64,000 nucleotides of DNA. Origin: Acidimicrobiales bacterium (GTDB taxonomy: Bacteria; Actinomycetota; Acidimicrobiia; Acidimicrobiales; Bin134). Below the pieces are notes generated by a model. The model worked only from the letters and a program-made list of their open reading frames with translations. It was not told the DNA's origin and ran no database searches. The stretch covers positions 1,480,982 through 1,544,981 of the forward strand of contig OZ242355.1 of assembly GCA_965208805.1 (NCBI GenBank), read 5' to 3'. This document shows, in pieces, positions 52,547 to 62,938 of this stretch. Numbering within the stretch: the stretch's first letter is position 1; every line of letters starts with the position of its first letter. The position numbers and the translations under genes were made by a program.

Positions 52547-53577
52547 AAGATCCTCCGAAGGGCGGGGTTGGAGACCGCTGGGGGCATGTAGAAGGCGTCG
52601 TCGGGGTTTAGGTCGGTTCCTGCGGGGACCAATTCGTCGATCCGGTCTAGGACATCGTCTGACAGGCGTAGGTCGGGGTCTTCTAAGGCGGCGTCGAGTT
52701 GTTGGGGGGTGCGGGGGCCAATGATGGTGGAGGTGACCGCGGGGTGGGCCAGGGTGAAGGCGTAGGCCAGGGTGGCCATTGAACAGCCCACATCGGCGGC
52801 CAGGGCATCGAGTTCTTCCACGAGGTCGAGCTTGTGGGCCACTACGGGGTTTTCTCGGTCCCAGCGCTTGGCGCTGACCAGGTTGCGGGTTGCTCTCGAG
52901 TTTTCTGGCCACTCGGCGTCTTTGCGGTACTTCCCGGCGAGCCAGCCGCCATTGAGCGGGCTCCACACGATCACGCCCATGTCATAGGCCAGGCAAGTGG
53001 GCAGCACGGCCCGCTCGATCTCCCGGGTGAAGATGGAGTAAGGGGGCTGCTCGCAGCGGACTCGTTCCAGGCCGCGGCGCTCGGAGGCCCATTGGCCCTC
53101 AACAATGAGCTCGGCGGGGAAGGTGGAGGTGCCGATCATGCGGATCTTGCCGGCCCGCACCAGGTCGGTGAGCGCGGCCAGGGTGTCGCCGAAGTCGGTG
53201 CGGGGGTCGGGGCGGTGCATCTGGTACAGGTCGATGTAGTCAGTGTCCAGGCGGCGCAGGCTGTCTTCCACCGCTTGGGTCACCCAGCGGCGGGAGCCGC
53301 CCTGCATGTTGATGTCGTCTCCCATCGGGCCGTAGAACTTGGTGGCCACCACCACGTTGTCGCGCCTGCCCTTGATGGCTCGCCCGACGATCTCCTCGGA
53401 GATGCCCATGCTGTAGCGGTCGGCGGTGTCGATGAAGTTGATCCCCGCGTCGAGCGCCTTGTGGGTCATGGCCGCGCACTCGGCCTCGTCGTTGTTGCCG
53501 GCTGGGCCGTACATCATGGCGCCTAGGCACAGCGTGCTGACCTGGACCCCGGATCCTCCTAGCGTGCGGTATTCCAT
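52543..53577 (-). CDS. aldo/keto reductase
   Basis: Start MEYRTLGGSGVQVSTLCLGAMMYG at 53577. FIDTADRYS and IDLYQMHRPD motifs. Confidence 0.85.
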   Translation of the reverse strand: MEYRTLGGSGVQVSTLCLGAMMYGPAGNNDEAECAAMTHKALDAGINFIDTADRYSMGISEEIVGRAIKGRRDNVVVATKFYGPMGDDINMQGGSRRWVTQAVEDSLRRLDTDYIDLYQMHRPDPRTDFGDTLAALTDLVRAGKIRMIGTSTFPAELIVEGQWASERRGLERVRCEQPPYSIFTREIERAVLPTCLAYDMGVIVWSPLNGGWLAGKYRKDAEWPENSRATRNLVSAKRWDRENPVVAHKLDLVEELDALAADVGCSMATLAYAFTLAHPAVTSTIIGPRTPQQLDAALEDPDLRLSDDVLDRIDELVPAGTDLNPDDAFYMPPAVSNPALRRIF

Positions 53578-53611
53578 GGGGACTCCTTTCGAGCGACTCG
53601 ATGAACTGGAG

Positions 53612-54310
53612 CTACTGGCCTGCGGCCTGGGCAATCACCGCGGCCACGGCCTCGGGCTGGGCCAGCATGGGGGAGTGGCTGCCCTCCATAACCACGGAGT
53701 TGCCGACCAGCCCCGCGCACGTCCGCTGGAACTCGGAGGTCAGAGTTCGGTCGTCGGCGCACACGATGTAGGTGGACTCCACATCCCGCCAGGCTGCCCG
53801 AGCGAAGCTGTACGGCGCTTGGCCCAGCGGCTGGGGGCGGAGCTGGGACTCGGCCCAGGCGACATCCTCCGGAGAGCAGTCGTGGTAGAAGAGGTCGCCT
53901 GCGGCCCCGGGCTTCACCGAGCTGTAGCCGTCTTCGCCGTGCTCAAGAGCAGGAAAGAAGTTCTCGGCGATTACCGCTTCGGCCACATCAGGCGGGTTCT
54001 CCTCGCCGCTCTTGTCGCCCGGGAGGATGGCGGCCAGGTACACCAGGTGGTCCACCGTGGCCGGGTCGAGCCCGGAGATAGACAATCCGCCGAGCGAATG
54101 GCCCACAGCCACCACTGGCCCTTCACCACCCAAATGCTCCCTCATGCCGTTTACATCGGCCTGGAATGTGGCGATGTCCTCTGCGGTGGTCGGACGGCAC
54201 AGTTCGGAAGCGTGGGCGGCGATGCCCATGTCCCTCAAGCACTCCTGCACCCGTTCCCAACACCACGGTCCGTGAAACGCCCCATGGGCCAAAACAACTC
54301 CTGCGGTCAT
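53612..54310 (-). CDS. alpha/beta hydrolase
   Basis: 232 aa with nucleophile elbow GHSLGG. Confidence 0.75.
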   Translation of the reverse strand: MTAGVVLAHGAFHGPWCWERVQECLRDMGIAAHASELCRPTTAEDIATFQADVNGMREHLGGEGPVVAVGHSLGGLSISGLDPATVDHLVYLAAILPGDKSGEENPPDVAEAVIAENFFPALEHGEDGYSSVKPGAAGDLFYHDCSPEDVAWAESQLRPQPLGQAPYSFARAAWRDVESTYIVCADDRTLTSEFQRTCAGLVGNSVVMEGSHSPMLAQPEAVAAVIAQAAGQ

Positions 54311-54381
54311 GGGGCCGCACTTTAGTTTCCCATTGATTCCCTATTCGAAGGTGGACGACCAGGGGCCGCTAAGTTGCCGCC

Positions 54382-55011
54382 ATGGAGTCCACAGAATCTC
54401 TGGAGGAGCGGCTGGAGCGGTTGGAGTCCATCGAGGAGATCCGGGGGTTGGCTGCCCGCTACTGCCTGGCATTGGATATGCGGGCCACCGATGCATGGGT
54501 CAGCCTGTTCCCCGCCGATGTGCAGGTGGGTCGGGGGCGTTCCGGGCGGGCCGCGCTGGCCGAGTGGTTCCGCGAGACGATGAGCAGCCAGTTCACCGGC
54601 ACGGCCCATGTGACGGGCAACCACATCATCGAGTTCGACGAGCCCGACTCGGCCCGAGGGGTGGTGTACTCCCGCAACGAGCATGAGACCGGCGACGAGT
54701 GGCTGATCATGACCATGATGTACTGGGACGACTACGAGCGCATCGACGGCCGGTGGTATTTCCGGCGGCGCCTGCCCCTGTACTGGTACGCCACCGATCT
54801 GAACGCCCCACCCATCGGAGACAACAAAATGCGCTGGCCTGATGAGGAGCCCTACGAAGGGGCGTGGCACGAATTCTGGCCCACCTATCAGGAGTTTTGG
54901 GAGACCCGCCTGGACGAGCCCGCCGATGTGGCCGAGCCGGCGCCGGTGGGAGAGTTCTTGACCTGGCTGCGCTACGGAGCAGAGGGACTTCCCAGCGTGC
55001 GGGTGCGCTGA
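54382..55011 (+). CDS. SnoaL-like / NTF2-fold protein (SnoaL_4 type)
   Basis: LERLESIEEIRGLAARYCLALDMRATDAWVSLF... and ...WDDYERIDGRWYFRRR. Confidence 0.7.
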   Translation: MESTESLEERLERLESIEEIRGLAARYCLALDMRATDAWVSLFPADVQVGRGRSGRAALAEWFRETMSSQFTGTAHVTGNHIIEFDEPDSARGVVYSRNEHETGDEWLIMTMMYWDDYERIDGRWYFRRRLPLYWYATDLNAPPIGDNKMRWPDEEPYEGAWHEFWPTYQEFWETRLDEPADVAEPAPVGEFLTWLRYGAEGLPSVRVR

Positions 55012-55012
55012 C

Positions 55013-55972
55013 GTGCGGGCCGCTTATCACGAGTCCCAGGGGGGCTTGGAGGTTCTGCGGGTGGGGGAGTTGCCCGATCCTGAGCCGGGCCCTCACGATG
55101 TGCTGATCCAGGTCAAGGCCACGTCGATGGATCGGGTGGACGTCTATTGGCGGGAGGGGTCGCATGGCATGAAATTGCGTTGGCCCCAGCACGTGGGCGG
55201 ACGGGATATCGCCGGGGTGGTGGAGGCGGTCGGCGGGCAGGTGACGGCGGTGGCGGCGGGCGACCGGGTGGTGGCATCAGGGGAGCGGACCCACGCCACG
55301 CTGGCGCTGGCGCCCGCGGAGCTGACGTTTCCGTTGCCCGACGGAATCAGCTTTGAGGCCGGAGGGGCCACTCCCACTGCGGGCCGCTCAGCCCATCAGG
55401 CTCTCATCGAGAAGGCTCAGATCCAGTCGGGTGAGGCCGTGCTGGTGATGGCCGCCGGATCAGGGGTGGGCAGCTTCGGAATCGAGATTGCCCGGGCCAC
55501 GGGCTGTCGGGTCATCGCCACCGCGGGTTCCGCCGACAAACGGGCTCAGGCGGTGGCATTGGGGGCCGAGCTGGCCATCGACCACTACAACGACGACATC
55601 GTTTCCGTGGCTCGGGAGGCCACTGACGGCAAAGGCGTGGACGTGGTGCTCGACCATGTGGGTACCCCGGTGTTTGCCGCCGCGGTGCGGTCGCTGGCGC
55701 CCGAGGGCCGATTTGTGACTTGTGGAGTCACTGCCGGGCACATGGGGGAGTTGCACTTGGGCCAGCTGTTCGTGAAGGGCATCACCCTCATGGGGGTAGG
55801 GCGCCCTGACAACCAGCGGATTGCCGCCACCATGAAGGGCTTGCTGGACATGATCGCCCAGGACCAGGTCTCGCCGGTGATCGCCGCCACGTTCGGATTG
55901 GATGAGATTGCCCAGGCCCACCGGCTCATGGAGAGTTCTGACTTCTTCGGCAAGATCGTTCTGGTTCCCTAG
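55013..55972 (+). CDS. zinc-type alcohol dehydrogenase / quinone oxidoreductase (MDR superfamily)
   Basis: 319 aa with a GTG start. VLVMAAGSGVGSFGIEIAR nucleotide-binding motif and C-terminal ...FFGKIVLVP. Confidence 0.85.
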   Translation: MRAAYHESQGGLEVLRVGELPDPEPGPHDVLIQVKATSMDRVDVYWREGSHGMKLRWPQHVGGRDIAGVVEAVGGQVTAVAAGDRVVASGERTHATLALAPAELTFPLPDGISFEAGGATPTAGRSAHQALIEKAQIQSGEAVLVMAAGSGVGSFGIEIARATGCRVIATAGSADKRAQAVALGAELAIDHYNDDIVSVAREATDGKGVDVVLDHVGTPVFAAAVRSLAPEGRFVTCGVTAGHMGELHLGQLFVKGITLMGVGRPDNQRIAATMKGLLDMIAQDQVSPVIAATFGLDEIAQAHRLMESSDFFGKIVLVP

Positions 55973-55986
55973 TCAGGGAGAGGCTT

Positions 55987-56409
55987 ATGCGCTCATTTGA
56001 GTTCCCCATCGAGGCGGGACACATTCAAGAGTTCAAGCGGGCGGTGGGCGACCGCGACGCGGCGTTCGAGCCCGACGCGGCAGCCCCGCCCACATTCATG
56101 GTTGCTGCCGACCGCCACGACCCCGACTACGACCGTCGACTGCGCTCCGACCGGGAATGGCCGCCCGTGTCCCCCGAGACGGGCTCCGGATTCCACGCCG
56201 GGATGGTGTTCGAATACCACCGCCACCCCCGGGCCGGCGAGGTACTCACCGCCACCGTGGCCGATGGCGAGGAGTGGACCAAGCAGGGTCGCCGGGGCGG
56301 CGACTTGCGGTTCCGGGAGATCGTCACCACCTTTGTCGACGCCGACGGGCTGCCCTGCGTGACCGCCCGATGGATCAACGTACGGGCGGCCAACGAGGTA
56401 CGGGAATGA
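55987..56409 (+). CDS. hot-dog fold protein, MaoC N-terminal-like / HadA-like subunit
   Basis: 140 aa. Collinear with the N-terminal half of two-subunit (R)-hydratases. Translationally coupled to the next gene. Confidence 0.65.
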   Translation: MRSFEFPIEAGHIQEFKRAVGDRDAAFEPDAAAPPTFMVAADRHDPDYDRRLRSDREWPPVSPETGSGFHAGMVFEYHRHPRAGEVLTATVADGEEWTKQGRRGGDLRFREIVTTFVDADGLPCVTARWINVRAANEVRE

Positions 56410-56804
56410 GGCCCGAAGTCGGGGCTGTGTATCGGCAGGTAGTGGTCGAGGGGCTGACCCGCACGCAACTGGTGGCCTACGCCGGAGCCTCTGGCGACTT
56501 CCACCCCTTCCACCACGACGAGACCTACGCCACCGCCCATGGATTCGACCGGATCTTCGCTCACGGGATGTTGACCATGGGCATTTCAGGACAGGCCCTG
56601 GTGGCGGTGTTCGGCCCGGAGGGTCTGGACCGCTATGCAGCCGACTTCCTCAAGCCGGTGTGGCCGGGGGACACCCTCACTGCCGAGCTTGAGATCACTG
56701 CGATCAACGCTGACGGCAGCGTGGAGGTGGACATCTCCACCACCGATCAGCACGGCACCCAGGTTTTGCGGGGAACTGCTGCTGGGAGGCTGGCCGGGGA
56801 GTAG
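56406..56804 (+). CDS. MaoC-family (R)-specific enoyl-CoA hydratase / dehydratase subunit
   Basis: ATG 56406 overlaps the upstream TGA (ATGA). YAGASGDFHPFHHDETYA hydratase motif. Confidence 0.8.
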   Translation: MRPEVGAVYRQVVVEGLTRTQLVAYAGASGDFHPFHHDETYATAHGFDRIFAHGMLTMGISGQALVAVFGPEGLDRYAADFLKPVWPGDTLTAELEITAINADGSVEVDISTTDQHGTQVLRGTAAGRLAGE

Positions 56805-56812
56805 GCCGACGA

Positions 56813-57523
56813 TCAGGCCAACAGCTCTTTGAGCCTCTCTACCGGGTTGCCGGAAGTCACCAGAGCCTCACCGATGAGCGCGGCGTCGTAGCCGGCGTCT
56901 CGCACCGCGGCCATTGTCGTGCCGCCGGGAACCGCGATGCCCGACTCGGCCACCTTCACCACGTGCTCGGGCAGCAGCGGTGCCAGTCGCTCGGCCCTCT
57001 GGTAGTCCATGGTGAACGCCGCACTCTTCGGCTTCTCCCTCTGGTTGACCCCGATGACGTCGGCCCCGGCTTCAAGGGCTACCTCCAGCTCGCTCTCCGA
57101 CTTCACCTCGGTGAGCACATCCATGCCCAGCGACAAGGCCAGCTCGTGAAGCTCGGCCAGCTGGGCACCGGTGAGGTCGGCCACGATGAGCAGCAGCGCA
57201 TCGGCCCCCATGTCATGGGACTCGTGCACGTCGTGGATGGTGGTGATGAAGTCTTTGCGCAGGACAGGCAGACCAGAGGCTTTGGTCGCGGCGGCCAAGT
57301 CGTCGCCGCTGCCGCCGAACATGGCTTCATTGGTGAGCACCGACAGGCAGGCCGCCCCACCGTCGCGATAGGCCGCGGCCATCTTGGCCGGATCGAGTTC
57401 GGCGTTGAGATCGCCCCGTGACGGAGAGCGCCGCTTGATCTCGGCGATGACGGCTACGTCGTCGCCAGCCAAAAGGGACTGCTTGAAGCGCCCCGCTCGG
57501 CCGGCCCGCTCATCGGATCCCAT
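56813..57523 (-). CDS. trpC: indole-3-glycerol phosphate synthase (short form)
   Basis: VIAEIKRRSPSRGDL, LSVLTNEAMFGGS, LPVLRKDF and GADALLLIVADL motifs. ATG 57523 gives 236 aa. The upstream track-ORF extension overlaps the next gene. Confidence 0.75.
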   Translation of the reverse strand: MGSDERAGRAGRFKQSLLAGDDVAVIAEIKRRSPSRGDLNAELDPAKMAAAYRDGGAACLSVLTNEAMFGGSGDDLAAATKASGLPVLRKDFITTIHDVHESHDMGADALLLIVADLTGAQLAELHELALSLGMDVLTEVKSESELEVALEAGADVIGVNQREKPKSAAFTMDYQRAERLAPLLPEHVVKVAESGIAVPGGTTMAAVRDAGYDAALIGEALVTSGNPVERLKELLA

Positions 57524-57575
57524 GCGTCGGATGATACGGGGGAGTTCCGTCGCCGGAGAAAGCAGAAATGGGCGG

Positions 57576-58460
57576 CTAGGTGACCGCGGGAATGACTTCG
57601 GCAGCAAAAAGCTCGATCGTCTCGGGGGCCGCGAAGTCGGAGAACTGGAGCACGAACTGCTCGGCACCCATCTCCCGGTCGGCTTGTAGGGCCTCTGCGA
57701 CCTCATCTGGGGTTCCCGCCACGAGAGCCCAATCGCCAAATCGGCGCTGGGCGGTGGCCACCGCTTCTTCGCGGGCCGCCGACGACGGGGCCAAGCCAAT
57801 GGCCCGCTGCACCGACAGGCGGGCGTTGCCGGCCATGGGGATCAATTCGTCGAGCTCGTGCATTCCATACACCGGGCAGTTCCACCAGTCGGCGAAATCC
57901 CGCACCAAAGGCATGGTGAGCTTGCGGCCCGCCCCGCCGATCAAGATCGGGATATGGCCGTTCACCGGGATGGGCTGCTGTTGGGCGTTCTCCATCCTGA
58001 AGAACCGCCCTTCGTGGTTCACCGGCTCACCGGTGAGCAGGGCCTGCACTACTTCCAAGGTCTCCCGCAGACGAGCAGCCCTAACCGCGGGCGGCTCATC
58101 GCCGAGCCCAAAACGCTCCATCTCGTCAGGCACCGATCCCCAGCCAATGCCCAGATCGAAGCGTCCCCCGCTGAAATGGTCCAGGCTCACGATCATCTTG
58201 GCCAACAGCGCCGGATGGCGGAACTGACCGCACAGCACCATGTGGCCGATGCGCACATGCCCGGTCCATGCGGCTACAGCAGTCGCCATCACAAAGGCGT
58301 CGTACATCGGGGCCGCGGGCAGCAGCGGCGGGTTGAGATGATCCATAAGGTCGATCTTGTGAAACCCACTGGCCTCCGCCGCCCGCACCCGCTCCTCGAT
58401 AGTGGCCATGTCCATCCGCATCTGGGGCATGAAAACGCTGAACTGCGGTGTGCTGGCCAT
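57576..58460 (-). CDS. LLM-class (probably F420-dependent) oxidoreductase
   Basis: Start MASTPQFSVFMPQ at 58460. Luciferase-like layout (...FDLGIGWGS...PILIGGAG...). Confidence 0.75.
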   Translation of the reverse strand: MASTPQFSVFMPQMRMDMATIEERVRAAEASGFHKIDLMDHLNPPLLPAAPMYDAFVMATAVAAWTGHVRIGHMVLCGQFRHPALLAKMIVSLDHFSGGRFDLGIGWGSVPDEMERFGLGDEPPAVRAARLRETLEVVQALLTGEPVNHEGRFFRMENAQQQPIPVNGHIPILIGGAGRKLTMPLVRDFADWWNCPVYGMHELDELIPMAGNARLSVQRAIGLAPSSAAREEAVATAQRRFGDWALVAGTPDEVAEALQADREMGAEQFVLQFSDFAAPETIELFAAEVIPAVT

Positions 58461-58461
58461 C

Positions 58462-59241
58462 TCAGGATCCTTTGCCCAGGCCGCGGCGCTGCATGTCGTC
58501 GGTGTCCACGGCCCAATTCCGCATAGCCTGTTCTTCAAGTTCTTTGGCTTCGGCGAAGCTCATACCATCGGTGTCGTCGTAGATCTGCATGGTGGCCGGG
58601 GTAGCGGGTGTGGTGGCGGCCACGATCTGGGCAGCCAGATCCCGGGCGTGGCCTAGCAGCTCGTCGTGGGAGACCACGTGGTTGACCAGTCCGATGCGCA
58701 GTGCCTCTTCGGCATAGACGAAACGGGCAGTGGCGGACATCTCCTTGGCCATGCGCTTGCCCACCGCTCTGGGCAATAGCGCGGTCATGCCCCAGGCGGC
58801 GATGACTCCGATTTTGGCGTGGGTGTCGGCGAATCGGGCTTGATCGGAGGCCACGATGAAGTCGCAGCTCAGGGCGATCTCCAAGCCTCCGGTGACGCAG
58901 GTTCCGTTCACCGCGCAGATCAGGGGTTTGGCGGTGTCCCGACAGGCCTGGGCCGGGTCCTCGGCCTGGCGTTTATTCCCGCCAGGGGATTCCGTGACGC
59001 CGTCGGCGGCCACCTCGCGCAGGTCCACACCGCCGGTGAACACTGGGTCGGCCCCGGTCAAGATGATGGCGTCGACCCCGTCGTCGGCGTCGCAGGACCG
59101 CAGCGCAGCGCACAAGTTGTTGCGCATCCGCTTGGTCATGGCATTGCGGGCCTCGGGCCGGTTCAAGGTGATGGTGGTGATGCGATCGCTGACTTCGATG
59201 AGCAGGCGCTGGTCTTCAGGGGTTATGGCTTTGTCGGCCAT
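58462..59241 (-). CDS. enoyl-CoA hydratase/isomerase (crotonase fold)
   Basis: 259 aa. AIILTGADPVFTGGVDL and NGTCVTGGLEIALSCD motifs. Confidence 0.85.
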   Translation of the reverse strand: MADKAITPEDQRLLIEVSDRITTITLNRPEARNAMTKRMRNNLCAALRSCDADDGVDAIILTGADPVFTGGVDLREVAADGVTESPGGNKRQAEDPAQACRDTAKPLICAVNGTCVTGGLEIALSCDFIVASDQARFADTHAKIGVIAAWGMTALLPRAVGKRMAKEMSATARFVYAEEALRIGLVNHVVSHDELLGHARDLAAQIVAATTPATPATMQIYDDTDGMSFAEAKELEEQAMRNWAVDTDDMQRRGLGKGS

Positions 59242-59252
59242 GTTTTCGACAG

Positions 59253-60350
59253 TCAGCCTTCGCAGTCGATCACGTCCACGGCCCGCTGGCGCAGCCAGTG
59301 GTCGGCCAGCACCAGCAACACCTGGGCCTCAACCATGGGTACCGCCCGGGGCAGAACGCAGGGGTCGTGGCGGCCCCTGGCCGCCAGCGTGACCGGGTTG
59401 TTATCCCGGTCCACGGTCTCCTGGGCCGAGGCGATGGTGGCGGTGGGCTTGAATCCCACTCGGATCACTATGTCCTCGCCGTTGCTGATGCCGCCCTGCA
59501 CGCCGCCGGATCGGTTGGTGGCGGTGCGGGGACGGCCGTCAGGACCAGGGGTGAACGGGTCGTTGTGCTCCCGGCCGGTCATGGTCACCCCGGCGAAGCC
59601 CGAGCCGATCTCGAACCCCTTGGCCGCGGGCAGCGACAAGGCGGCCTTGGCCAAATCGGCATCCAACTTGTCGAACACCGGTTCGCCCAGGCCGGGGGGC
59701 ACCCTTCGGGCCACGCATTCGACAATCCCGCCCAGGGAGTTGCCGTCGCGGCGAGCCGCCTCGATGGCCTCGGTCATGGCCTCCGCATGCTCAGGAGACG
59801 GGCAGCGAGTGGCGTCGGCCTCCACATCAGCCAAGGTCACCGTCGCGAGGTCGACATCAGCAGTGATGGTGCCCACCTGGTGGACCCAGGCCAACACTTC
59901 GATGTTGGCCGCAGTAGCCAAGAGTTGGCGGGCGATGGCGCCGGCTGCCACGCGGCCGATGGTCTCTCGGGCGCTGGCCCGCCCCCCGCCCTGCCAGTTG
60001 CGGATGCCGTACTTGGCCTCGGTGGTGTAGTCGGCGTGGGAGGGTCGGTACATGTCCTTGAAGTCTTCGTAGGCGTTGGGCCGGGCATCGGTGTTACCCA
60101 CCAGCATGGCGATGGGCGACCCCAGCGTTCGGCCCTCGAACAACCCCGAAAGGATCGTCACTTTGTCGGCCTCGTCCCGCAAGGTGGTGAGCCGGCTCTG
60201 TCCAGGGCGCCTCCGGTCGAGGTCGTGCTGGATCATCTCCTCGTCCAGCGGCAGCCGGGGCGGGCAGCCGTCCACCACCGCGCCAATGCCGCCGCCATGG
60301 GATTCCCCAAACGTCGTGACCCGGAACAACTGCCCCGTCGAACTGCTCAT
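59253..60350 (-). CDS. aroC: chorismate synthase
   Basis: 365 aa. [23 protein letters not shown] and GRHDPCV motifs. Confidence 0.9.
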   Translation of the reverse strand: MSSSTGQLFRVTTFGESHGGGIGAVVDGCPPRLPLDEEMIQHDLDRRRPGQSRLTTLRDEADKVTILSGLFEGRTLGSPIAMLVGNTDARPNAYEDFKDMYRPSHADYTTEAKYGIRNWQGGGRASARETIGRVAAGAIARQLLATAANIEVLAWVHQVGTITADVDLATVTLADVEADATRCPSPEHAEAMTEAIEAARRDGNSLGGIVECVARRVPPGLGEPVFDKLDADLAKAALSLPAAKGFEIGSGFAGVTMTGREHNDPFTPGPDGRPRTATNRSGGVQGGISNGEDIVIRVGFKPTATIASAQETVDRDNNPVTLAARGRHDPCVLPRAVPMVEAQVLLVLADHWLRQRAVDVIDCEG

Positions 60351-60455
60351 TGCCCCTCAACACTACAGACCGGGATGTGCTGATCTGGGGGTCATATTGG
60401 CCCGCCGATAGTGGCGGTCATGCGTTGATCAGCGCTCCTGTGGCAGTGTCGGGAC

Positions 60456-61238
60456 ATGGATTTGGGACTATCGGGCAAGGTTGCACTGGTTACGGGGAGC
60501 TATCGGGGGACGGGGAGTGGGATTGCCCGGGTGTTGGCTGCTGAGGGTGCCGAGGTAGTGGTCCACGGGTTTGAGGAAGGACAGGCCGATTGGTTGGCCG
60601 ACGAGATGGGGTCGCCGGCTCGGGCGGTATGGGGGGATATCTGCACCGATGAAGGGGCTGAAGCGGTGGCCAGCCAGTGCGGCCCGGCGGACATCCTGGT
60701 CAACAACTACGGGGTGGCGGTGGGCGGCACGTGGGGGGACGACGGCACCGATGTGTGGGTTGACGCCTACAACCGCAACGTATTGAGCGCGGTGCGGATG
60801 ACCCGGCTCATGGTTCCCGCCATGATGGAGCGGGGCTGGGGCCGAATTGTGCTGGTGTCCACGGTGGGGGCGACCCGCCCTGGCGACCGCATTCCGGGCT
60901 ACTACGCGGCGAAAGGCGCCCTGCCCGCCATGACGGTGAGCCTGGCCCGAGAATTGGCCGGCACCGGGGTGACCGTGAACTGCGTGAGTCCAGGGGCCAT
61001 TGCCACTCCGGAGCTGGTGGAGATGTGGACCCGCCAGGCGGAGCGGGAGGGCCGCTCCACGGATTGGGACGATATCGAGCGCCACGTCACCACGGTGCAG
61101 ATGCCCACGCTCACCGGGCGCATCGCCACCGTGTCCGACGTGGGAGAGCTGGTGGCGTTTGTGTGCAGCGATCGGGCTCGTCAGATCCACGGTGCTCATC
61201 TGCGGATCGACGGGGGCGCGGCCGACGTCGTCACATAA
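60456..61238 (+). CDS. SDR-family oxidoreductase
   Basis: VTGSYRGTGSGIA cofactor motif and catalytic YYAAKGAL. Confidence 0.85.
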   Translation: MDLGLSGKVALVTGSYRGTGSGIARVLAAEGAEVVVHGFEEGQADWLADEMGSPARAVWGDICTDEGAEAVASQCGPADILVNNYGVAVGGTWGDDGTDVWVDAYNRNVLSAVRMTRLMVPAMMERGWGRIVLVSTVGATRPGDRIPGYYAAKGALPAMTVSLARELAGTGVTVNCVSPGAIATPELVEMWTRQAEREGRSTDWDDIERHVTTVQMPTLTGRIATVSDVGELVAFVCSDRARQIHGAHLRIDGGAADVVT

Positions 61239-61278
61239 CCGGGCGATCAGTCCATTCCGGTAGCTAGGCTGCCCGGCG

Positions 61279-62796
61279 ATGCCGACCCTGTATGACGTCG
61301 TCCGGGAATTCAGCCACACGTGGCCCGACAAGCTGGCCGTGCTCACCGAGCAGGACGGCCATCGTTCCTACCAGGAACTGGCCGCTCACGGTGGGGCGCT
61401 GGCTCACCAGTTCCAAACCCGCTTCGGATTGGGTCTAGGCGATCGGGCCTGCATCTGGATGCAGAACCGCCCCGAGTACATCGAATGCCAACTGGGTATG
61501 CAGGCCATCGGTTTGGCCGGGGTGCCCATAAACCCTGAGTGGACCGACCCGGAACTGGAGTTCGTGCTCAACCACTCCCGGTGCCGATTGGTGTTTGCCG
61601 AGGCCGAGCGGGCGGAAAGGGCGGTGGCCCTGGCCGCGGGAATCGACTCGGTGGAGGCGGTGGTGAGCGTGGACGAGCCAGTTGAAGGCGCCCTGCTGCT
61701 GGCCGACCTGATTGGCGAGTCGCCGGAAGGCGCCGGACTGGACCTTCCCCCGGTGGACGGGTTCGTAGAAGGCAACGTGCTCTACACCTCGGGCACCACC
61801 ACCGGGCGGCCCAAGGCGGTGCCGATGAGCCCCGAGCTGTTCGCCGGGGGAGCGGTGCCCTATGAGGAGATGTTCGGCCTGAGCCACACCGACCGCTCGC
61901 TGGTGGTGACCCCGCTTTTCCACGGCAACGCCATGGGCGGGGCCATGTCGGCGCTTAGCCGGGGGGCCAGCGTGGTCATGCCTCGCAAGTTCTCGGCGTC
62001 GCGCTTTTGGTCGATGGTCGATCTGTACCGGCCTACCTATTTCCTCACGCTGGTGCCCATCATCAACATCTTGATGGCCCAGCCCCCCGGTCCCCATGAG
62101 AAATCGCACTCGCTGCGGGTGATGATTCCGCTGGGCTGCGCGCCGATCATCGAGCAGATTGAGGAGCGCTACGGGGTGCCGTGCATGGACTGGTACGGCA
62201 TGACCGAGGCCGGTTCGGGCACCTATACCCGCCTGGACGAGCCCCGCCGGCCCGGTTCGGTGGGCAAGCCATTTGAGGGATCGGTGCTGCGGATCTTCTT
62301 GCCCGATGGTTCAGAGGCGCCAACGGGGGAAACGGGGGAGATCTGCTTCCTACGGTCCACCATCGGCTTCAACGGCTACATCGAAGACCAGGAGGCCACC
62401 AAGGCCGCTACGTCAGGCGACTGGTTCCGCACCGGCGACCTGGGCTACGTGGACGACGACGGCTACCTCTACTTCGTCGACCGCCAGAAGGACATCGTGC
62501 GCCGGGGCGGTGAGAACCTGTCCACCATCGAGGTGGAAACCGCGCTGCGCACCCACCCTGCAATAGGCGATATCGCCGTGGTGGCCCGCCCCGACCCGGT
62601 GCTGGGCGAGACGGTGGCCGCCTTCATCGTGGTGGCTGACGGCTGCGACCTCCCTTCTGAGGACGACCTGCGGACCCACACCGAAGGAACCCTGTCCCCC
62701 TACAAAGTGCCCACCACCATTCAGCCCATCGACGAGCTCCCCCGCACCGGCAACGGCAAAGTAGAGAAATTCCGCCTCCGCCAGCGCTTGGCTTGA
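61279..62796 (+). CDS. AMP-dependent acyl-CoA synthetase/ligase
   Basis: 505 aa. YTSGTTTGRPKAV, GDLGYVDDDGYLYFVDR, C-terminal GKVEKFRLR. Confidence 0.85.
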   Translation: MPTLYDVVREFSHTWPDKLAVLTEQDGHRSYQELAAHGGALAHQFQTRFGLGLGDRACIWMQNRPEYIECQLGMQAIGLAGVPINPEWTDPELEFVLNHSRCRLVFAEAERAERAVALAAGIDSVEAVVSVDEPVEGALLLADLIGESPEGAGLDLPPVDGFVEGNVLYTSGTTTGRPKAVPMSPELFAGGAVPYEEMFGLSHTDRSLVVTPLFHGNAMGGAMSALSRGASVVMPRKFSASRFWSMVDLYRPTYFLTLVPIINILMAQPPGPHEKSHSLRVMIPLGCAPIIEQIEERYGVPCMDWYGMTEAGSGTYTRLDEPRRPGSVGKPFEGSVLRIFLPDGSEAPTGETGEICFLRSTIGFNGYIEDQEATKAATSGDWFRTGDLGYVDDDGYLYFVDRQKDIVRRGGENLSTIEVETALRTHPAIGDIAVVARPDPVLGETVAAFIVVADGCDLPSEDDLRTHTEGTLSPYKVPTTIQPIDELPRTGNGKVEKFRLRQRLA

Positions 62797-62938
62797 GTAA
62801 TCCGTGTCTGCCTTCTGATCTCTTCCCAAGGCACGCCGCGCTTCTCAGGGGGAACTTCTACCGCACCGGCTAGGTCGGAAAAGTCACGCATATGGATGAC
62901 GGTAATGGCACATGGGCACCCCATTCGCCCTGGTTTTG

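Noticed and set aside
60378-60434. GCTGATC...GATCAGC inverted repeat and GGTCAT direct repeats in the aroC/SDR intergenic region as a regulator site
   Set aside because: The arms are short and separated by ~43 nt, which is easily a chance occurrence in GC-rich DNA. No adjacent regulator gene supports it.
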